From Octopus sinensis (taxonomy: Eukaryota), in assembly GCF_006345805.1 (NCBI RefSeq), contig NW_021825803.1, forward strand, positions 1-14,448: a stretch of 14,448 nucleotides of DNA, written 5' to 3'. Under the pieces are notes generated by a model, which saw only the letters and a list, made by a program, of their open reading frames with translations, did no database searches and was not told the origin of the DNA. The position numbers were made by a program, and so were the translations under genes. Positions within the stretch are counted from its first letter, which is position 1. Each line of letters starts with the position of its first letter. Of this stretch, positions 8,449 through 14,448 are shown piece by piece.

Positions 8449-8588
8449 TAGGTGTGGCTGTGTGGTAAGGATCTTGCTTCTAATTACGTGGGATCGAGTT
8501 CAGTCCCAATGCATGGCACCTAGGGAAAGTATCTTCTACTATAGCCCTCTTAGTGGATTTGGTAGATGGAAACTCAAAAAAGCCCGTC

Positions 8589-8628
<40 letters not shown>

Positions 8629-8950
8629 TATATTATATATATATATATATATATTATGTGTGTATATATTATATATATATGTGTGTTGTGTGTATATATA
8701 TATATATATATATACATAATCTATATAATAATGTGTGGTGTATGTGTGTGTGTATCTTTGTGCTTGTGTTTGTCCCTACCGATGTTTGAGAACCAGTGTT
8801 GGTGTGTTTACGTCCCTGTAACCTAGTGGATCGGCAAAATAAACCGATAGAAAAAGTACCAGACTTTAAAAAATATAGGTACAGGGGCTGATACATTCGA
8901 CTAAAAATTCTTCAAAGCAGTGCCGCAGTATGACCGCAGTTTAATGATTG
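8449..8950 (+). mobile_element. Full-length, more diverged SINE, family C, with an expanded internal (TA)n/(TG)n tract
   Basis: gtggctgtgtggtaagg...gagttcagtccc...ggcacctagggaaagtatcttctactatagccc...ggatttggtagatggaaactc...agcccgtcgt-(TA)n-tgtttgtcc...ggtgtgtttacgtccc...accgataga...gcagtatgaccgcagt. This is an inverted homolog of 7888-8345. Confidence 0.85.
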
Positions 8951-9007
8951 CTTATGGATTAACTTATGGATTAACTTATGGATTAACTTATGCTTATGGA
9001 ATTAACT
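8951..9007. repeat. 12-bp tandem repeat (cttatggattaa)x3 plus two partial or variant units
   Basis: Exact units at 8951, 8963 and 8975; variants to 9007. Confidence 0.95.
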
Positions 9008-9030
9008 CATATGAGCCGAACATCTGTTTT

Positions 9031-9570
9031 TCGCAGACACAAAAATCCACGCAAAGTAAATTTAACGGGAAGCTCTTAAGGACTCCCTTTTTTTCGATAG
9101 CAAGGGCATTCCCCACATCCACTGGGTCCCCTCTAGCCAAGCGGTCAGCAAGGAGTACTTTGTGGAAATTTTAAGAGAGTTCAGGAAGAGATTTCGTCGC
9201 AAAGGGTCTGAGCTCCTGAGCACCAGGACAATGCATTGGTTCCCAATTCCATCCTGCTGACCAAATATTTGACAGAGATGGGTATCAAAGCTGTCCCTCC
9301 CGCTCCCCACAGGCCAGACCTTGCTCTCTGTGGCTTTTGATTGTTCCCCAAGCCAAAGGAGATGAAGGAGGCTGTGACAAGCGTCCTGGACACACCTTCA
9401 ATTTGGAGGACTTCCACGGGCGGCCTTCATGAAGTTGCGGAAGAGTTACAACAAATGCATTGAAGCCAGAGGTTCCTATTTTGAAGATGATTAGCGTTTT
9501 GTAATTCTTTCAAACTAATAAATGTCTCCCCTAAAAAAAAAATCTCAAAACCTCTGGAATACACCTTGTA
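9031..9570 (+). pseudogene. 5'-truncated mariner (D34D) transposase relic with 3' terminus
   Basis: Across frameshifts it reads TQKSTQSKFNGKLLRTPF/FDSKGIPHIHWVPSSQAVSKEYFVEILREFRKRFRRKGSELL/HQDNALVPNSILLTKYLTEMGIKAVPPAPHRPDLALCGF*LFPKPKEMKEAVTSVLDT/FNLEDFHG/FMKLRKSYNKCIEARGSYFEDD* (stop 9492-9494). HQDNA is at 9221-9235. HRPDLALCGF corresponds to the mariner YSPDLAPxDF motif. The two catalytic positions (9227, 9332) are 105 nt apart, i.e. D34D spacing. It ends in ...ctggaatacaccttg+TA (9569-9570), a mariner-like TIR. Confidence 0.92.
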
Positions 9571-9774
9571 TTTCAATAGGAATACTGTAATAACAGAGCC
9601 AGACTCTGTAAAATTAGCCACTTTTAATCACAGACCTAGAGGCAGTCTCAGGTGGATGTTGGCATTAAAATGGTTAAGGAACAATCAACGTCTCAGTCAT
9701 TGAACCGTGGCATTAAATCGCCTGGCTTTAAAAGATCTTACAAATTTAAGGCTGGAAGGTTTTAATTTAAACAT

Positions 9775-10006
9775 TTAATCCTTTTGATACCAGCCTCCTT
9801 AAGACCAACCCAGGGCTCTTATGATACAAACATCCGGTTTTAAAGAGATCTAAATTAAAACTTACCATCAAAATTTCGTGTTAAATTATGTTTTAAAGAC
9901 AAGTTTCATAAAGCCGAAGTTATTTGCATAAATTTTTCGTCGTTTGGAAAATGTATTGAAAATAAGGCAATATATTTTAATAAAAACATGGTAAGAAAAC
10001 GATGAA
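9775..10006. mobile_element. Possible degenerate TTAA-flanked (piggyBac-like) MITE
   Basis: Starts ttaa-tccttttgatacc and ends ggtaagaaaacga-tgaa, a decayed version of TTAA-CCCTTT...AAAGGG-TTAA termini. The right end is poorly conserved and the call relies on recall of a similar repeat. Confidence 0.3.
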
Positions 10007-10100
10007 CCTTTTCGATATATCAACTTGCCTGAAGCAGGAATATCGTTCATCCTGTTTTCTTTTTTTTTATATAGTTGTCTAGCACAAGAGAGTCAACATG

Positions 10101-10119
10101 TATGTATGTGTATATATAT

Positions 10120-10170
<51 letters not shown>

Positions 10171-10190
10171 ATATATATATACATACATAG
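10101..10190. repeat. (TA)n microsatellite, probably the internal tract of the adjacent SINE
   Basis: Direct inspection; it lies where family C carries its internal tract. Confidence 0.9.
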
Positions 10191-10204
10191 ATTCAGAAAC
10201 ACAC

Positions 10205-10370
10205 ACGTACAAAGGGTTTTTTCTTCCGTTTTCCGTCTGCCAAATCCACTTACAAGGATGTGTCGGCCTGAGGTTATAGTAGAAGACGCTTGCCTAAGGT
10301 GCCACACAATGGGACTGAACCCAGAACCATGTGATTTGGGAAGGAAACTTCTTTTCACTCTGTCGCGCCT
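10205..10370 (-). mobile_element. SINE family C, 5' half
   Basis: Colinear with 8185-8345 (ttccgtct.ccaaatccact.acaagg...tatag.agaagac.cttgcc.aag.tgccac.ca.tgggactgaacc..gaaccatgtg). Confidence 0.85.
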
Positions 10371-10480
10371 ATGTTTATATATATATGTTTATTTATATAT
10401 ATATATATATATATAATATATATATATATATGTATTATATATGTATATATGTATATATATATACACACATACATATACAT
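10371..10480. repeat. (TA)n microsatellite
   Basis: Direct inspection. Confidence 0.9.
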
Positions 10481-10756
10481 AAACTTAGTTGGAAATGGAT
10501 GCGTATCATTCAATCAAATGATGATACATTATTTGATTGAACACTACGCATCCATTTCTTACTAAGTTTATCTTAATCTTTTTGATGCGACTCTACTCTA
10601 TACTGTTTTTTCCCTCTCGTTTTTCTCTTATCCTTTCACTAATTCCCTTTTTTCTTCTCTTCATCGTTTTCTGTTTCTCTTACCCCTTCTTTCTCCTTTA
10701 CTCTCTCGCTCTCTCGTTGCTTATACGTGACCATCTTCCATCTTTCTTTTCCTCAC

Positions 10757-10861
10757 GTGGTAAGGATCTTGCTTCTAACTACATGGGACCGAGTTCAGTC
10801 CCAATGCGTGGCACCTAGGGAAAGTATCTTCTACTACTAGCCCTGGGACAACCTAAGCCTT
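10757..10861 (+). mobile_element. SINE family C, 5' fragment
   Basis: 10757-10844 matches 8462-8548 with 4 transitions and 1 indel. Confidence 0.9.
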
Positions 10862-11274
10862 CTTTTCTTTCAGGGCTGTCCTAAAGACTGGAGTAACTTA
10901 TCTCTCTTTTCTATCTTTCTCTTGTCAAAGAAAACATTTCTCCAGCGTTCGCTATTTTACCCTCGTTCTGGTCTAACGAACCACCATGTTTGCTTTCGTT
11001 CGGCTTTCTTGTATATCTCCGCTGTCCTGTTTTTGTTCTCCCTCCATAAATCCCAAATTTTATTTTCGTACTTATGGGAGCAACTGTCTTCGAAGACGCA
11101 TACTGTCGTTCAGTGCTCGAAATGAGGATGAGATTGACAACCGATGAAGGGTCGTTCTTTATGTTACTTGTCCTGTTTTCCTTTTGTTTCTCTCGTTGTT
11201 TGCATATTGAACTCATTTGTTTTCATATTACATGTTGTTACCGTTGGTGACGTCCTTTACCCACATATGCATAT

Positions 11275-11275
11275 G

Positions 11276-11318
<43 letters not shown>

Positions 11319-11540
11319 ATATATACATACATACATACATACATACATAATACATACTACATACATACATACATACATACATACATACACACATATATAT
11401 ACATACATATATATTTGTATATATATATATATATTATATATATATATATATATATCCAAATATATATATATGTATATGCATATATATTATATATAATATT
11501 ATATATTATATATATATAATATATATTATATTTATATATG
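11275..11540. repeat. (TA)n/(CATA)n compound microsatellite
   Basis: Direct inspection. Confidence 0.95.
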
Positions 11541-12019
11541 GTAGTCTTCCACAGCTGTCTCCAAGACGTGATGGCTATGAATGTAAGTAAAGAACCAACC
11601 GTAATCTTGCAAATTACTTTCCAAAGCTAATAAATTCTTATCACAACCGGCAACCAGGTAATTTATAATTTATATAATTTCTTAATCCTGGAAATAATCT
11701 TAAGTAAGCCATAAAGAATTGTCAAGTTTGAAACAGTTTTTCCGATCTTCGTTTTGTCAGCCTTGACAACACTGTATGTGAAACACCATGACTCAGGAAC
11801 CAAAGTTGTTATCTGGTTAAAACCAGCTTATCTTTTAAAGGCAACATCGTTGAAGAATATAAGTGTGAACGAATTCTTGTATGACGATGAGCGAAATTTC
11901 TTCGTGTGACCGGAATAATCATTTCAATTCGAATATGCTTCTCTCTTGATCACTCTATATCAATGGCGGATCAGCAAAATATTGAATAAACCGTGAACAA
12001 TGGATCACGTGATTACTGT

Positions 12020-12463
12020 TTGCATGTGTCTGTACATCTGTATCTCTTTGTATCAGTATGTGTGAGTGCGTGTTTGTATGTGTGGTGTGTGTATCTGTGT
12101 GTAGTTTGCTTTTGTCTGTCTATGTATTTGTGTATATATGTGTGGTGTATATGTGTGTGTATGTCTGTGTGTGTGCGTTTGTGCTTCTTTGTCCGTGTGT
12201 ATCTGTGGTCTGTGTGTTTGTTTTTGTGTATATGTCTGTGTGGGTGTATGAGCGTGTGAGTGTGTGTGAGTGTGTGTGTGTGTGTGTGCGTATGTTTCTT
12301 TTATTAGTCTTTCTCTGTGAGTATATGTGTGATAGATTTCTGCTGTGTGTGTGTGAACGTGTATGTGTGAGTGTTTGTGTGTGTGAGTCTTTGTTCCTAT
12401 GTCTATATGTATCTGTAATATGTGTGTGTACTTCTCTAAGTATTTGTGTGTATATGTGTGTGT

Positions 12464-12511
<48 letters not shown>

Positions 12512-13012
12512 ATATGTATGTTTGCGTATTTGCCTTTCTGCTAGGATATGTGATGTATGCGTGTGTTTGATTTTGCTTCTTTGTGTGTGTGTGTGAGAGA
12601 GTGCATGTATCTGTGTACGTCAGTGTTTGCATGGTCGTATCTTTGTGTGTGTATGTGTGCTTGTTTTTCTTTGATAATGTGTGTGTGCGTGCGTGTGTAT
12701 TCATGTGCACGTGTCTGCGTATCTGTGGTAAAGAGCCAAGAGTTTGTTTTTGCCTGTGTATGTATGTGTATGTAGGCGGGTAGATATATGTGCACGTGTG
12801 TCTATGTGTGTGTGTATCTGTCTACGTTTGTGTATATCTATATGTCCGTGTATGTGTGTGTTTCTTTACATATATCACTGTGTGTGTGTATGTGTGTGCG
12901 TGTGTGCGTGTGCTTGTCTCTGAGTAACTTTGGTGCATGCGTCAACGTATATTTGTGTTTGTTTCTTTGGCTGTGCGAATATGTGTGCGCGCACCCGTGC
13001 ATGCGCGCGTGT

Positions 13013-13049
<37 letters not shown>

Positions 13050-13060
13050 TGTGTGTGTAC
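12020..13060. repeat. ~1-kb degenerate (TG)n array
   Basis: TG-dominated, with TATG/TCTG/TTTG interruptions. Confidence 0.9.
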
Positions 13061-13329
13061 GTACTACACCAAAAAGAAAAAAAAAAAAGGAAGAAAAAAA
13101 ACGAGAACAGAGACAGTGGAACACAGTTTAATAACGACTCTCCTCTGTTTCCTGAATAACGGGTACGAGTGATCCCATCCGTGAAGGTTAGCGCAAAAAA
13201 CGAACTGCATCACTTTCACTTTTCATTCCTTCTTTCATTTATAATTCTTTCATTATTTTCATTCATTTATACTTTTATCCATCCATTCCGTTCGTTGTTT
13301 TTCTTTATTCAATTATTTCATCTTTTTAA

Positions 13330-14448
13330 TTCTTTCGTTCGTTTATTCTTTTTTTATTATTTCTATATTCTCTTATTCTTTCACTTAGTTTTCATTCCTT
13401 TATTCTTTCATTCTCCCATTCTTTCGTTCGTTTATTCTTTTTTTATTTCTATATTCTCTTATTCTTTCACTTAGTTTTCATTCCTTTATTCTTTCATTCA
13501 CTCATTCTTTCATTCATATCCATTCATTCTTTCATTCATACGTTCTCTTATTCTTTCACTTAGTTTTCATTCCTTTATTCTTTCATTCTCCCATTCTTTC
13601 GTTCGTTTATTCTTTTTTTTATTTCTATATTCTCTTATTCTTTCACTTAGTTTTCATTCCTTTATTCTTTCATTCTCCCATTCTTTCGTTCGTTTATTCT
13701 TTTTTTATTTCTATATTCTCTTATTCTTTCATTCTCCCATTCCTTCATTCGTTTATTCTTTTTATTATTTCTATATTCTCTTATTCTTTCACTTAGTTTT
13801 CATTCCTTTATTCTTTCATTCTCCCATTCTTTCGTTCGTTTATTCTTTTTTTATCATTTCTATATTCTCTTATTCTTTCACTTAGTTTTCATTCCTTTAT
13901 TCTTTCATTCTCCCTTTCTTTCGTTCGTTTATTCTTTTTTTATTATTTCTATATTCTCTTATTCTTTCACTTAGTTTTCATTCCTTTATTCTTTCATTCT
14001 CCCTTTCTTTCGTTCGTTTATTCTTTTTTTATTATTTCTATATTCTCTTATTCTTTCACTTAGTTTTCACTCCTTTATTCTTTCATTCTCCCATTCTTTC
14101 GTTCGTTTATTCTTTTTTTATTATTTCTATATTCTCTTATTCTTTCACTTAGTTTTCACTCCTTTATTCTTTCATTCTCCCATTCTTTCGTTCGTTTATT
14201 CTTTTTTTTATTTCTATATTCTCTTATTCTTTCACTTAGTTTTCATTCCTTTATTCTTTCATTTTCCCATTCTTTCGTTCGTTTATTCTTTTTTTTATTT
14301 CTATATTCTCTTATTCTTTCACTTATTCACTTTATTCTTTCATTCTCCCATTCTTTCGTTCGTTTATTCTCTTTTTTATTTCTATATTCTCTTATTCTTT
14401 CACTTAGTTTTCATTCCTTTATTCTTTCATTCTCCCATTCTTTCGTTT
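13330..14448. repeat. 86-89-bp pyrimidine-rich minisatellite, about 13 units, runs off the window
   Basis: Unit: ttctatattctcttattctttcacttagttttcattcctttattctttcattctcccattctttcgttcgtttattc(t)n(att)at. Anchors at about 13361, 13447, 13623, 13709, 13769, 13858, 13947, 14036, 14125, 14212, 14299 and 14380, plus a variant unit near 13535. Degenerate related sequence extends back to ~13215. Confidence 0.97.

Noticed and set aside
11110-11160. Hammerhead ribozyme (gaaa ... ccgatga) as found in Penelope-like termini
   Set aside because: The core reads CCGATGA rather than CTGATGA, and I could not build stems I-III.
11993-13172. Cys/Val-rich and His/Thr-rich ORFs
   Set aside because: Translations of the (TG)n array.
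13330-14448. CRISPR array
   Set aside because: Whole units are repeated with no unique spacers, the context is eukaryotic, and there are no cas genes.

Overview
This is AT-rich eukaryotic non-coding DNA with no intact protein-coding gene that I can support. Nearly every long ORF in the supplied track is a translated microsatellite. The tRNA-derived SINE families and very high (CA)n/(TA)n/(TG)n density resemble octopod (Octopus-like) genomes; that assignment is from recall, not a search. Mobile-element content: a degraded pogo/Tigger (Jerky-like) DDE transposase (878-1477), a degraded D34D mariner transposase with its 3' end (9031-9570), a 141-bp mariner-type MITE with TA duplications (2786-2926), and seven tRNA-derived SINE copies from three families. 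Compound microsatellites fill about 40% of the window, and an 86-89-bp pyrimidine-rich minisatellite runs off the right edge. Three features are the least explained: (1) a ~208-bp imperfect palindrome (1797-2004) made of two back-to-back tRNA-Thr-like units; (2) a diverged inverted duplicate pair (688-764 / 5011-5090) that keeps a 28-bp exact core; (3) a diverged direct duplicate pair (3943-4053 / 5263-5372) that keeps an internal palindrome. All family names come from remembered motifs and need database confirmation.
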